The position numbers were made by a program, and so were the translations under genes. A stretch of DNA of 64,000 nucleotides from Candidatus Berkelbacteria bacterium CG10_big_fil_rev_8_21_14_0_10_43_13 (GTDB taxonomy: Bacteria; Patescibacteriota; UBA1384; XYA2-FULL-43-10; 1-14-0-10-43-13). Location of the stretch: assembly GCA_002773985.1 (NCBI GenBank), contig PEZW01000018.1:34240-98239 (forward strand). The letters run 5' to 3'. Shown in pieces: positions 46,586 through 56,115 of this stretch (within the stretch, counting starts at the first letter, position 1; each line of letters starts with the position of its first letter). A model generated the notes under the pieces. The model was not told the origin of the DNA. It did no database searches and saw only the letters and a list, made by a program, of their open reading frames with translations.

Positions 46586-47735
46586 AACAGAAAATGAAAA
46601 AAATGGGCTAAAGGTCGCACTTGTTTGTGATTTTTTGACCAAGATGGGCGGCGCCCAAAAAACCCTTGCCGCCATCTGTGAACTTTATCCTGATGCGCCC
46701 ATTTATTGCATGATTTACGATGAAGAGGGGACGCACGGTATTTTTAAAAATCACAAAATAATTACTACTAGTCTGCAAAAATACCAGATATTTTTCCGAC
46801 AAAAACCAAAATATTTAATCGGTAAATATTCTCGAGCCGTCGAAGAACACGACCTTTCAAAATACGACGTTGTCATTTCCTCAAATGATTCCTATGCACA
46901 CGGCGTCATCACCAAACCGGAGACTTTCCACCTCTGCTACTGCCACACACCAACTCGCTATCTCTGGGACTGGACAAACGAATATCTGCATGAAAATAAT
47001 ATCGGTTGGGGTTTGAAAGGGTTGTATATCCGCAACATTCTCCACAAATATCGTCTCTGGGATCGAGCTTCAGCTGATCGCGTTGACCATTTTCTGGCTA
47101 ATTCGGAAAATGTTCGAAAAAGAATATCCAAATACTATCGACAAGATAGCCGTGTTTTATATCCACCAGTTGAAGTATCTGAAATTGAAATGGCAAAAGA
47201 TGGTCCAAGCGATTATTTTCTGATCGTCTCGCGACTCGAACCATACAAGCGCATCGACCTAGTTATCGATGTTTGCAATAAATTGCAGAAAAAATTGATT
47301 ATCGTCGGCGAGGGATCATCACAGGCAGATCTCGAAGCAATTTCCGGACCGACAATTAAATTCGTCGGTTGGCAAAGCGATGTGAAGACCTATCAATTTT
47401 ATCGTGATTGTCGCGCCTTTATCTTCGCCGGCGAGGATGATTTTGGCATCACACCTCTCGAGGCGATGGCGGCTGGGCGACCGGTTATCGCCTATAGTCG
47501 CGGCGGAGCACTGGAAACAGTTGTTCAAAACGTGACAGGAGTTTTTTTTGATAATCCGACGACCGAATCGCTCGAAAAAGCAATTGTCGAGCTGGAAGAA
47601 AAGTATGATACCTTCATACCACAAAATTGTCGCTCCCAAGCTGAGAAATTTTCTAAAGAAAAGTTTTTAGAACATCTAAGCCATCATGTCGATGATGGTT
47701 ACCGGAAATATTTGGAGAAAATGAAAAATGCCTAG
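46578..47735 (+). CDS. Glycosyltransferase family 4
   Basis: YCHTPTRYLW, SRLEPYKR, DFGITPLEAMAAGRPV. Confidence 0.92.
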   Translation: MNKTENEKNGLKVALVCDFLTKMGGAQKTLAAICELYPDAPIYCMIYDEEGTHGIFKNHKIITTSLQKYQIFFRQKPKYLIGKYSRAVEEHDLSKYDVVISSNDSYAHGVITKPETFHLCYCHTPTRYLWDWTNEYLHENNIGWGLKGLYIRNILHKYRLWDRASADRVDHFLANSENVRKRISKYYRQDSRVLYPPVEVSEIEMAKDGPSDYFLIVSRLEPYKRIDLVIDVCNKLQKKLIIVGEGSSQADLEAISGPTIKFVGWQSDVKTYQFYRDCRAFIFAGEDDFGITPLEAMAAGRPVIAYSRGGALETVVQNVTGVFFDNPTTESLEKAIVELEEKYDTFIPQNCRSQAEKFSKEKFLEHLSHHVDDGYRKYLEKMKNA

Positions 47736-48567
47736 AAACATTATCAATGTCCTCGGTGTGACTTTTGACAATCTCTCTTTTGCTGAAGCAGAACAAAAAA
47801 TTGTTGACTTCGTCGAATCGAGCCAAAAATCAATTATCACTACTCCGAACACAGAGTTTGTCATTCGCGCCCAAACTGATGAAGAGTTCAAGGATATATT
47901 AAATAAAAAATCAAAACTAAATCTGCCAGACAGCTATGGCATCCTTTGGGCCGCCCATTTTCTCGATTTCAAAGCTCCAAAAAATAAATATTTACGTGCA
48001 ATTACTATTACTATTTACTGGTTTTTGTCACTTTTATTTCTGCCACTTGCTACTAGGCGTTATCACACACCACTTCAAGAAAAAATCTCCGGGTCTGATT
48101 TTATCTGGTCTATTGCCAAGGTCGCCGCTCAAAACAAGTACCGTCTTTTTCTTTTTGGCGGCACCGCCACAGTTGCCGAACGAGTCGCCCTGAAACTCCA
48201 AACCGATGTCCCAGGCCTTCGTGTTGCTGGCGTCTTCGATGGAAAAATAGGTGCCAAGGGCTCAGAAATAATTGAGGTGATCAATCATTCCAAAGCCGAC
48301 ATCTTGCTTGCCTGCCTTGGCGCGCCCAAGCAAGAACGTTGGCTTGTCGAAAACTTAGCCAAAACTTGTTGCAAAGTCGGCGTCGGTCTCGGCGGTACTT
48401 TTGATTTCATCGCCAAGATAACACCGCGCGCTCCGCACTGGATGCAAAAAAGTGGGCTAGAGTGGCTTTATCGCTTAATTCACGAACCAAATCGAGCCAA
48501 ACGTCAACTCGCCCTACCCAAACTCGCTTGGCTGGTCTTGAGGGAAAAGATGAAACAACCCTCTTGA
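47728..48567 (+). CDS. WecB/TagA/CpsF-family glycosyltransferase
   Basis: TPNTE, LGAPKQE, GLGGTFDF, RAP..MQ..GLEWLYRL. Confidence 0.93.
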   Translation: MPRNIINVLGVTFDNLSFAEAEQKIVDFVESSQKSIITTPNTEFVIRAQTDEEFKDILNKKSKLNLPDSYGILWAAHFLDFKAPKNKYLRAITITIYWFLSLLFLPLATRRYHTPLQEKISGSDFIWSIAKVAAQNKYRLFLFGGTATVAERVALKLQTDVPGLRVAGVFDGKIGAKGSEIIEVINHSKADILLACLGAPKQERWLVENLAKTCCKVGVGLGGTFDFIAKITPRAPHWMQKSGLEWLYRLIHEPNRAKRQLALPKLAWLVLREKMKQPS

Positions 48568-48639
48568 TTTTTAGGCTACTTTGAGTTAAAGTATAATCAA
48601 TGTTAGTGGTCCTTCGGACCACTTCTTTTTTTCAGAAAT

Positions 48640-48776
48640 GTAACTGCTCATTTGCAGTGTCATTCCCGCGCAGGCGGGAATCCAGGCAGCACAAACTTTT
48701 TATGGATCCCCGGGCACCACTCTCGAGAACACCGCTGGTCCCGAGGATGACAATGATAGGGTGAGTGAGTAGTTAC
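48640..48776. repeat. MITE-like palindromic element with ATTCCC-N8-GGGAAT core
   Basis: gtaactgctca...tgagtagttac shell around tgtcattcccgcgcaggcgggaatccag...ggatgaca. Confidence 0.85.
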
Positions 48777-48848
48777 AAAAAAATACACAGTTCAAATATT
48801 GAACTCTGTGCTATAATTAAATTTAAGATTTAGATAAGAGGAGTTGTT

Positions 48849-50030
48849 ATGAAACAAGTTAGCCCGTTCATGTTGGCGATAGACGACATTTGCGAAGAAA
48901 AAGGTTTGGACAAGGCAATTATTTTGGAAACTGTCGAGGCAGCACTTGCTGCTGCTTATCGTAAGGACTATGGTAAAGCACGACAGATAATTCGCACCAA
49001 GCTAAACCCGGAAACCGGTCAAGCTGAAATGTTTCGCATCTATGACGTCATCGAGGACCCCGAAGAGATCAAGGAACACGAACACGAGCTGACACTAGAT
49101 GAAGCAAAGGAAATTGACGCCAAAGCCGAATACGGCAAAGAAGTTATCGTCCCGCTACCACACCACGATGATTTTGGTCGTATCGCCGCCCAGACCGCCA
49201 AGCAGGTTATCATCCAGCGCATTCGTGAAGCTGAGCGCGACTTACTCTTTGCTGAGTTCAAAGACAAGGAAAACAAAATCATCACTGCAACAGTTTCCCA
49301 GCTTGAAGGCAGAAATATTGTTGTCAGCCTTGGTAAGGTAAATGGTATTTTGTATCCCTCCGAGCAAATTCCCAACGAGCGCTATCATCTAGGCCAAAGA
49401 CTAAAGGTTGTCGTCAAGGAGGTTTCACAGTCGGTCAAGGGTCCACAGATTATCGTTTCTAGAAGCAACGAAGAGCTTATTCGAGGACTATTTGAAATCG
49501 AGGTGCCAGAGATTCTGGCTGGCACTGTCGAGATAAAAAGTATCGCCCGAGAAGCTGGCTTCAGGACAAAAATTGCCGTCATCGCCACAGAAGACAAGGT
49601 TGATCCGGTCGGTTCGTGCGTCGGTCAACGTGGCACCAGGGTCCAGGCCGTACTTGATGAGATTGGCATGGAGAAAATTGATATAGTTCTCTGGGATGAA
49701 GATGTCGAACAATTTATCATGAACGCTTTGTCGCCAGCCAAGACTCGCCAGATTCAAATTTCATCCAAAGACAGCAAGGCTACCGTTTACGTCGACACCG
49801 ACAACCTATCACTTGCAATCGGCAAAAATGGTCAAAACGTTCGTCTTGCCTCAAAACTTACTGGATGGGGGATCGACATCAAATCACTTGAAGACCTCGG
49901 CGAAGAAGCAGCTGCTGAAGCAGTTGAGAAGAAAGAGATGACTATCAGTACTGCCAAAAAAGCTCCAGCCAAGAAGAAGGTATCAAAAAAGTCAAAGGCC
50001 AAAAAAGACAAAATTATTGACGAAGAATAA
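48849..50030 (+). CDS. nusA: Transcription factor NusA
   Basis: FGRIAAQTAKQVI, REAG.RTK, AIGKNGQNVRLASKLTGW. Confidence 0.97.
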   Translation: MKQVSPFMLAIDDICEEKGLDKAIILETVEAALAAAYRKDYGKARQIIRTKLNPETGQAEMFRIYDVIEDPEEIKEHEHELTLDEAKEIDAKAEYGKEVIVPLPHHDDFGRIAAQTAKQVIIQRIREAERDLLFAEFKDKENKIITATVSQLEGRNIVVSLGKVNGILYPSEQIPNERYHLGQRLKVVVKEVSQSVKGPQIIVSRSNEELIRGLFEIEVPEILAGTVEIKSIAREAGFRTKIAVIATEDKVDPVGSCVGQRGTRVQAVLDEIGMEKIDIVLWDEDVEQFIMNALSPAKTRQIQISSKDSKATVYVDTDNLSLAIGKNGQNVRLASKLTGWGIDIKSLEDLGEEAAAEAVEKKEMTISTAKKAPAKKKVSKKSKAKKDKIIDEE

Positions 50031-50059
50031 CTCACTTTTAATGTCTACTCGTATTATTC

Positions 50060-50161
50060 TGTCATTCCCGCGCAGGCGGGAATCCAGGCGAGTTGAATAA
50101 TTTCGAAAGCAAAGTATTGCAACCAAACTTCCTGGATCCCGGATCAGTGTCCGGGATGACA
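50060..50161. repeat. TGTCAT...ATGACA palindromic element with ATTCCC-N8-GGGAAT core
   Basis: First 30 bp identical to the 48658 copy. Confidence 0.85.
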
Positions 50162-50192
50162 AAAACGCAATATTATTTTTTGAGGAACAAAA

Positions 50193-52709
50193 ATGAACAA
50201 TGATATATTCAATAAATTCACCCCTAGTCTGAAGAAAACTTTGATAGACGCAGAGCAAATCGCTCGCGAACGCAATCTCACTCTCGACACGGAGCACCAG
50301 CTTTTGGCCATTTTGCAAAATAGGGATACTTTGGCCGCTGAGATACTGACAAGCTTTGATGTTACCTCCGATAGAGCCGAGCTGATCTCGTCGCTGATCT
50401 CGCACAAAAAAACCAAAACGACAAAACCTACAGTGATTACTGAATCAGCCAAAAAATCCCTCCAACTTGCCGTTCAAACGGCTCTAAAATACCGCCATTC
50501 CAATGTTGGCTCAGAACACCTTCTCCTGGCTCTGATTTCCAATAAAATGTTTAACTCATATCTCGTTATCGAGCGTATCGGTGTTGACCCGAAAAAAATC
50601 AAGAAACAGGTCGAGTCAATCTTCAATGGTATCAATCAATCGTTTAATCAGCTGGACAGTCAACCACAAATCAATCCAATGATAAACCCGAGCAATCTCC
50701 TAGAAGACGAAGGAATAGCTGATGAACAGTTTTTCGGTCCAATGCCACCGATGCCAGGTTTAAATAATCCTGCCCAAACAAAAGAATCTACTCTCGACAC
50801 CCATTCGACAAATCTAACTGCACTGACAAAAACAAAGAAACTAGATCCGGTGATCGGCCGAGAAAAGGAGATTCATCGTTTGATCCAGACACTATCGCGC
50901 CGAACGAAAAACAATCCGGTGCTTGTCGGCGAGCCGGGTGTCGGAAAAACAGCGATTGTCGAAGGTCTAGCCCAGAAAATTATCAAGGGCGAAGTTCCTG
51001 AAAAAATTGCTAATACCGAAATTTTGTCTCTCGATTTAGGCTCGATTCTAGCTGGAACGATGTACCGTGGCCAATTTGAAAGCCGAGTCAAAAAGATTTT
51101 GGCCGAAATAGAGAAACGCAAAAACATCATTCTTTTCGTCGACGAAGTTCATATGATCATCGGCGCTGGTTCGACCGAAGGTTCGGTCGACGCCGCAAAC
51201 CTGCTCAAACCAATGTTGGCCAAAGGCAAGCTCCGTCTGATCGGCGCGACAACATTTAACGAGTACAAGAAATATATCGAAAAAGACTCCGCCTTCGAGC
51301 GACGCTTCCAACCGATCAAGGTTGAGGAACCGACTCGTGACGAAGCATATAAAATTTTGACTGGGATTAAGAGTTATTACGAAGAATTTCATCATGTAAA
51401 ATATAGTCCCGAATCTCTCGATGCTGCCGTCGATTTTTCCATCCGCTATATTCATGACCGATCCCTGCCAGACAAGGCGATTGACCTGATCGACGAAGCC
51501 GGCGCCGCCCATAACTCCGAGGTCAAGAAGGCTGATCCGCTGTCAAAATTACAAAAAGAATTAGCTCAAATTTCACGTGAAAAAGAAAAATTAATTGACG
51601 CTGAGAAATACGAACAAGCAACGCTTTTGCGCGAAAAAAGCTTAAAACTCCAAAACAAAATCAAGCAACTAAAGTCAGACCGAAAAGCCGCTTCTGTTCC
51701 CGAAATAAATGCCCGAGATATCGCTGATTTAGTTTCCGAGTGGACTGGAGTACCCGTGACCACGATGTCGCTCAAGGAGAGAAGCAGCTACATAAATCTT
51801 GATAAGAAATTGAAAAAATACATCGTCGGACAGGACGAAGCGATCGTCGAGCTGGCCCGGGCGATCAAACGAGCTCGAACTGGTATCGCCAATCCGGCCA
51901 GACCGATTGGCTCCTTCATCTTCCTCGGCCCGACCGGGGTAGGCAAGACCGAACTGGCCAAGGTTTTAGCGCGCGAAATCTTTGGTAGTGAAAAAACACT
52001 GGTCAAAATAGATATGTCTGAGTTTGCCGAGAAGCACAATGTTGCTCGCTTGATTGGCGCGCCTGCGGGCTACATCGGCTACGAAGAAGGTGGCAAGCTG
52101 ACGGAGAAAATTCGCCAAAATCCTTACTCTGTCATTCTCTTCGACGAGATCGAGAAGGCTCATCCTGAAGTCTTTAATATTTTACTACAAATCATGGATG
52201 AGGGGGCACTGACCGACGCAAAGGGTCGCACAGTTGATTTCAAAAATACTATTATCATCATGACTTCAAATCTCGGCACTGATATCATTCGTCGCCAAGC
52301 AGCGATCGGTTTTGGTCACTCGAAATCAGACCAAGGCAGATATGAGATGATGAAAGAAAACGTCATCGAGACTGTCGAGAAAACTTTTCGACCGGAATTT
52401 ATCAACCGACTCGACAAAGTCATCGTCTTTTCACCACTGAGCAAAATCGTCATTCGCAAAATTGTCGATCTACAAATTGGCGAATTAGTCACACGATTGG
52501 CAAATAAAAATATTAAGCTGGTCGTTCCGATCGATGTCCGCAAATTCATCGCTGACAAGAGTTATTCCGACGACTACGGTGCCAGACCCATCCGCAAATT
52601 CATCGCCGACAAGATCGAAAGCATTCTCTCTGACAAACTGCTCGAACATGACACAGCCGAAAACCTAACTCTAAAATTGAAGCTGGAAAAAGATAAAATA
52701 ATTTTATAA
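50193..52709 (+). CDS. clpC: Clp protease ATP-binding subunit ClpC
   Basis: Clp-N repeats, two AAA modules (GEPGVGKT, GPTGVGKT), short UVR-like middle domain. Confidence 0.93.
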   Translation: MNNDIFNKFTPSLKKTLIDAEQIARERNLTLDTEHQLLAILQNRDTLAAEILTSFDVTSDRAELISSLISHKKTKTTKPTVITESAKKSLQLAVQTALKYRHSNVGSEHLLLALISNKMFNSYLVIERIGVDPKKIKKQVESIFNGINQSFNQLDSQPQINPMINPSNLLEDEGIADEQFFGPMPPMPGLNNPAQTKESTLDTHSTNLTALTKTKKLDPVIGREKEIHRLIQTLSRRTKNNPVLVGEPGVGKTAIVEGLAQKIIKGEVPEKIANTEILSLDLGSILAGTMYRGQFESRVKKILAEIEKRKNIILFVDEVHMIIGAGSTEGSVDAANLLKPMLAKGKLRLIGATTFNEYKKYIEKDSAFERRFQPIKVEEPTRDEAYKILTGIKSYYEEFHHVKYSPESLDAAVDFSIRYIHDRSLPDKAIDLIDEAGAAHNSEVKKADPLSKLQKELAQISREKEKLIDAEKYEQATLLREKSLKLQNKIKQLKSDRKAASVPEINARDIADLVSEWTGVPVTTMSLKERSSYINLDKKLKKYIVGQDEAIVELARAIKRARTGIANPARPIGSFIFLGPTGVGKTELAKVLAREIFGSEKTLVKIDMSEFAEKHNVARLIGAPAGYIGYEEGGKLTEKIRQNPYSVILFDEIEKAHPEVFNILLQIMDEGALTDAKGRTVDFKNTIIIMTSNLGTDIIRRQAAIGFGHSKSDQGRYEMMKENVIETVEKTFRPEFINRLDKVIVFSPLSKIVIRKIVDLQIGELVTRLANKNIKLVVPIDVRKFIADKSYSDDYGARPIRKFIADKIESILSDKLLEHDTAENLTLKLKLEKDKIIL

Positions 52710-52853
52710 ATTTCTCTATTTATATAAATAATGTCACTCTGAATGCACATGAAGAGTCTGTTTTCTGATTCTGAATGCAAATTCAATCACGGGACGCTCG
52801 GCGACCAAATCAATGGTCTGCCAAACGTCCCGCACGGCTTGTAGGTGGACAGA

Positions 52854-53288
52854 CTAGCCGTCACCATCAAGACTCTGAAGCAGTTCCCCGAGACCGCTGA
52901 TGAGGGTATTGTCCATCAGCCGAGCGGAGCTTGCCATGTAACTAATGTCAACCAGCCCCCCTGACAGCTTGGCCAATGTGGTCGCGGAAACTCTCATGAC
53001 CTCGGGGTCGTCTGTCGTCTTGATCTTGGCCGACAGTACCTCAACGACCGATTCCAGGGCGTACTTCAACACCCTGAGATCATCCTGCGTCTGCACCCTT
53101 GTGAAGAAGGCGCCGAGGTTGGCGCCATCATGAAGCTCGAGTAGCCTCAAGATCTCATTCGCCAGACTGGTGATCGTCATGGCGGCTGGCGATGCCTCAG
53201 GAATGAGATCCCCGAAGTACACAGCGAGCTTGCCCTCGTCCAGCGGATCGCTCTCGTCACCAAATCGGTCCGAACCTGTGTCACTCAT
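52854..53288 (-). CDS. GC-rich orphan hypothetical protein
   Basis: GGGAG RBS before ATG 53288; downstream GC hairpin at about 52790-52832; no recognised motif. Confidence 0.55.
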   Translation of the reverse strand: MSDTGSDRFGDESDPLDEGKLAVYFGDLIPEASPAAMTITSLANEILRLLELHDGANLGAFFTRVQTQDDLRVLKYALESVVEVLSAKIKTTDDPEVMRVSATTLAKLSGGLVDISYMASSARLMDNTLISGLGELLQSLDGDG

Positions 53289-53496
53289 CTCGACTCCCTT
53301 TGTCAGTGCGATGGCAAAAGAGTACAATATTAAGACAAATTTTGCAATATTTCTCCTGAGTACTCAGTACTATGCACTGCATACTGCGTACTGAGTACTA
53401 TCTAGATTTGACTTTCACGCTTGAGTCCTGCTAAAATTGGCTCAGTTGAGATCGAATTCTGAATAATATCATTCTTAATTCTGAAAGAGGAACTCT

Positions 53497-54792
53497 ATGG
53501 GCAAACAAGTCTATCAAACAGCGCGGGGAACCAAGGATATCCTACCAGCCGAACAGCCGTACTGGGCACAGATCAAACAAGTTGCCGAAAAAACCTTACT
53601 TGGACTCGGTTTTGGCCGCATCACACTGCCGCATTTTGAAGACGCTGATATCTACACCAAGGGGATCGGCGCTGATACTGACATCGTGTCCAAGGAAATG
53701 TTTTATCTCAAATCTCACACTGATAGCGACTCGGTCAAACTTGCCCTCCGACCCGAAGGTACTGCCGGCGCTGTCCGCTCTTATATCCAAAACGGTATGT
53801 CAAGTTTGTCACAGCCCGTCCGCCTATATTACACCGGCGCTATGTTTCGTCACGAGCGACCACAAAAGGGCCGCTTTCGTGAATTTTATCAGGTCGGCGT
53901 CGAGATTTTTGGCGATGATTCAGCCAAAGCTGATTATCTCGTCATAATGTCTGCTTGGGAGATCCTGAATCGTCTTGGTTTAAAAAACTTAATCGTCTAT
54001 GCCAATTCGATCGGCTGCCCGAAATGTCGGCCGAAATATATTGCGAAATTAAAAAAATATTACAAAAGTCATCTCGACAATCTCTGCACTGATTGCCAAA
54101 ATCGTTATGAAGTCAATCCACTTCGCCTGCTCGATTGTAAGGAAGACAGTTGTCAGAAGGTCGCCAAGGGCGCCCCGACCATGCTCGACAATCTCTGCAC
54201 TGATTGCAAGACACATTTCCAGCAAACTCTCGAGTATCTTGATTATTTCAACATCCGCTACGATCTGGATCCGACACTGGTCCGCGGCCTCGATTATTAC
54301 ACGCGGACTGTTTTCGAAATCGTTGATAAGAGTGACAAGGGGCGCAAAAACACCATTGTCGGCGGGGGTCGCTACGACGGCTTGGTCGAATTACTTGGTG
54401 GTCATTCGACTCCAGCTGTCGGCTATTCGATCGGGCTAGAGAGACTGGTTGGGGCGATGAAAGAGCAGGGGATTAAGCCGCCAAAAACTCGCGGCGTTGA
54501 AGTCTGTATTCTCCAGCTCGGTGACAAAGCGCGAGAAATTTCCAAAAAAATTTACGACACCTTGGCAAAATCTGATATAAATGTTTATTTTGTCCCTAGT
54601 AATGATGGTATCCGACCACAGATCAAGTCAGCTGCCAAGATTGGGGCAACATACGCCGTCATCATCGGCCAGAAGGAAGCGCTCAACGATGAGATTATTC
54701 TGCGCGACCTGACCTCGTCCTCACAGGAAGTTTTCTCCTCCAAGGATATCGCCGAAGAGATCAAGAACCGCTTGATCAAATGTGAATGCTAA
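53497..54792 (+). CDS. hisS: Histidine--tRNA ligase
   Basis: RGTKD, LRPEGTA, RHERPQKGRFREF, VRGLDYY, GGGRYD. Confidence 0.97.
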   Translation: MGKQVYQTARGTKDILPAEQPYWAQIKQVAEKTLLGLGFGRITLPHFEDADIYTKGIGADTDIVSKEMFYLKSHTDSDSVKLALRPEGTAGAVRSYIQNGMSSLSQPVRLYYTGAMFRHERPQKGRFREFYQVGVEIFGDDSAKADYLVIMSAWEILNRLGLKNLIVYANSIGCPKCRPKYIAKLKKYYKSHLDNLCTDCQNRYEVNPLRLLDCKEDSCQKVAKGAPTMLDNLCTDCKTHFQQTLEYLDYFNIRYDLDPTLVRGLDYYTRTVFEIVDKSDKGRKNTIVGGGRYDGLVELLGGHSTPAVGYSIGLERLVGAMKEQGIKPPKTRGVEVCILQLGDKAREISKKIYDTLAKSDINVYFVPSNDGIRPQIKSAAKIGATYAVIIGQKEALNDEIILRDLTSSSQEVFSSKDIAEEIKNRLIKCEC

Positions 54793-54840
54793 CAACTTTG
54801 AACTTTACATACTTTTTTACTTTATAAACTTTCTCACTTT

Positions 54841-55293
54841 ATGAACTTATCCCTTGTTCTCGACAATATCCGCTCGATGCAAAACGTCGGTTCGATTTTT
54901 CGAACCGCCGACGCTGCTGGAGTTAGTAAGATTTATCTCTGTGGCTTCACGCCCAAACCACCGCGCAAGGAGATCGACAAAGCGGCTCTCGGCGCCGTTG
55001 ATTTTGTCGAGTGGGAATACCAAGACAATTTAAAAAATTTAATTTTCAATTTAAAAACAAAAGGGATTAAAATCATTGCCCTCGAACAGCATGAAAACTC
55101 AACCCCTTATACGTCATACGTTATACCTAATACGAATACTCTCGCTCTCATCGTCGGTAACGAAGTCGACGGCATCTCCAAAGAAATTTTGGAACTATGC
55201 GACGACATTATCGAAATCCCGATGCACGGCCAGAAGAATTCTCTAAATGTTGCCGTCGCCACAGGCATCGTGTTATTCGAATTAATAAAATAA
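54841..55293 (+). CDS. TrmH/SpoU-family RNA methyltransferase
   Basis: LDNIRS..NVGSIFRTADA, GNE..GI, IPM.G...SLNVAVA. Confidence 0.93.
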   Translation: MNLSLVLDNIRSMQNVGSIFRTADAAGVSKIYLCGFTPKPPRKEIDKAALGAVDFVEWEYQDNLKNLIFNLKTKGIKIIALEQHENSTPYTSYVIPNTNTLALIVGNEVDGISKEILELCDDIIEIPMHGQKNSLNVAVATGIVLFELIK

Positions 55294-55380
55294 TTTTATT
55301 ACAAACAAACACACCACTCTAATAGATCTTTAAGTCTTTAAATCATTAAACACACTATTCTTTTCTATACTTCCGCTATT

Positions 55381-55428
55381 ACTTTTTATCCTTTTGACTA
55401 ACGATCGTTGTATAAAAGGATAAAAAGT
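55381..55428. repeat. 48-bp near-perfect palindrome (copy 1)
   Basis: actttttatcctttt-gact-aacgatcgtt-gtat-aaaaggataaaaagt. Confidence 0.92.
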
Positions 55429-55442
55429 TTTAGAATTACATT

Positions 55443-56042
55443 ATGATCCAAAAAGAGACAAAAGAAATTATTAAATTAACTAGCAAGGAAATTTTACTTC
55501 TTTTTGCGGACGGGGTGGCATCTCTCGGATTTGCATTTACAAAATCCAAAAAAGACAAAAATGCTTTAGGAAAATATTTAGATGAACGATCCATCGATCG
55601 ATCAGATTTTTCACGAAAAATATATCGTCTCAAGCAACGCGGTTATATCCGAAAAATCGTTGAAAACAAGAGTGATTATATTGAGCTTACCGACTTAGGT
55701 AAAAATCGTGTAGAGATAAATTATTTAAATGAGCTGAAACCGAGAATTTCAGATCACTGGGACAAAAAATGGCGAATTATAATTTTTGACATTCCGGAAA
55801 AGTACCGCACAATCCGTGATGTCATCCGTTCAAAACTTTATGAACTTGGTTTTATCCAGGTTCAAAAAAGCGTGTTTGTATATCCGTTTGATTGCCATCA
55901 TGATATACAATTAATTTGTAAACATTATGGTGGATCAACCTATATTAAATATATGATCGCAGAAATTATTGAGGGGGAAGAAGAGTTCATAGAAATATTT
56001 ATTAATAATAACATACTAACTAAAGATATTTTATCCTTTTAA
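55443..56042 (+). CDS. PaaX-like protein: wHTH plus Cas2-like ferredoxin-fold domain
   Basis: IYRLKQRGYI...LTDLG, then WDKKWRIIIFDIPE...R..L..LGF..VQKSVFVYP. Confidence 0.85.
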   Translation: MIQKETKEIIKLTSKEILLLFADGVASLGFAFTKSKKDKNALGKYLDERSIDRSDFSRKIYRLKQRGYIRKIVENKSDYIELTDLGKNRVEINYLNELKPRISDHWDKKWRIIIFDIPEKYRTIRDVIRSKLYELGFIQVQKSVFVYPFDCHHDIQLICKHYGGSTYIKYMIAEIIEGEEEFIEIFINNNILTKDILSF

Positions 56043-56070
56043 CTAACGATCGTTAGTTAAAAGGATAAAA
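56029..56070. repeat. 42-bp perfect palindrome (copy 2)
   Basis: ttttatccttttaactaacga|tcgttagttaaaaggataaaa; contains the stop codon of the PaaX-like gene. Confidence 0.95.
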
Positions 56071-56115
56071 ATAAAGTTGAATAGTAAAAATAGCCACAAT
56101 TTTTGCAGAATAATT

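Noticed and set aside
55381-56070. CRISPR array or cas locus suggested by the Cas2-like domain and two repeats
   Set aside because: Only two repeats, about 600 bp apart with a gene between them; no spacers, cas1 or effector genes.
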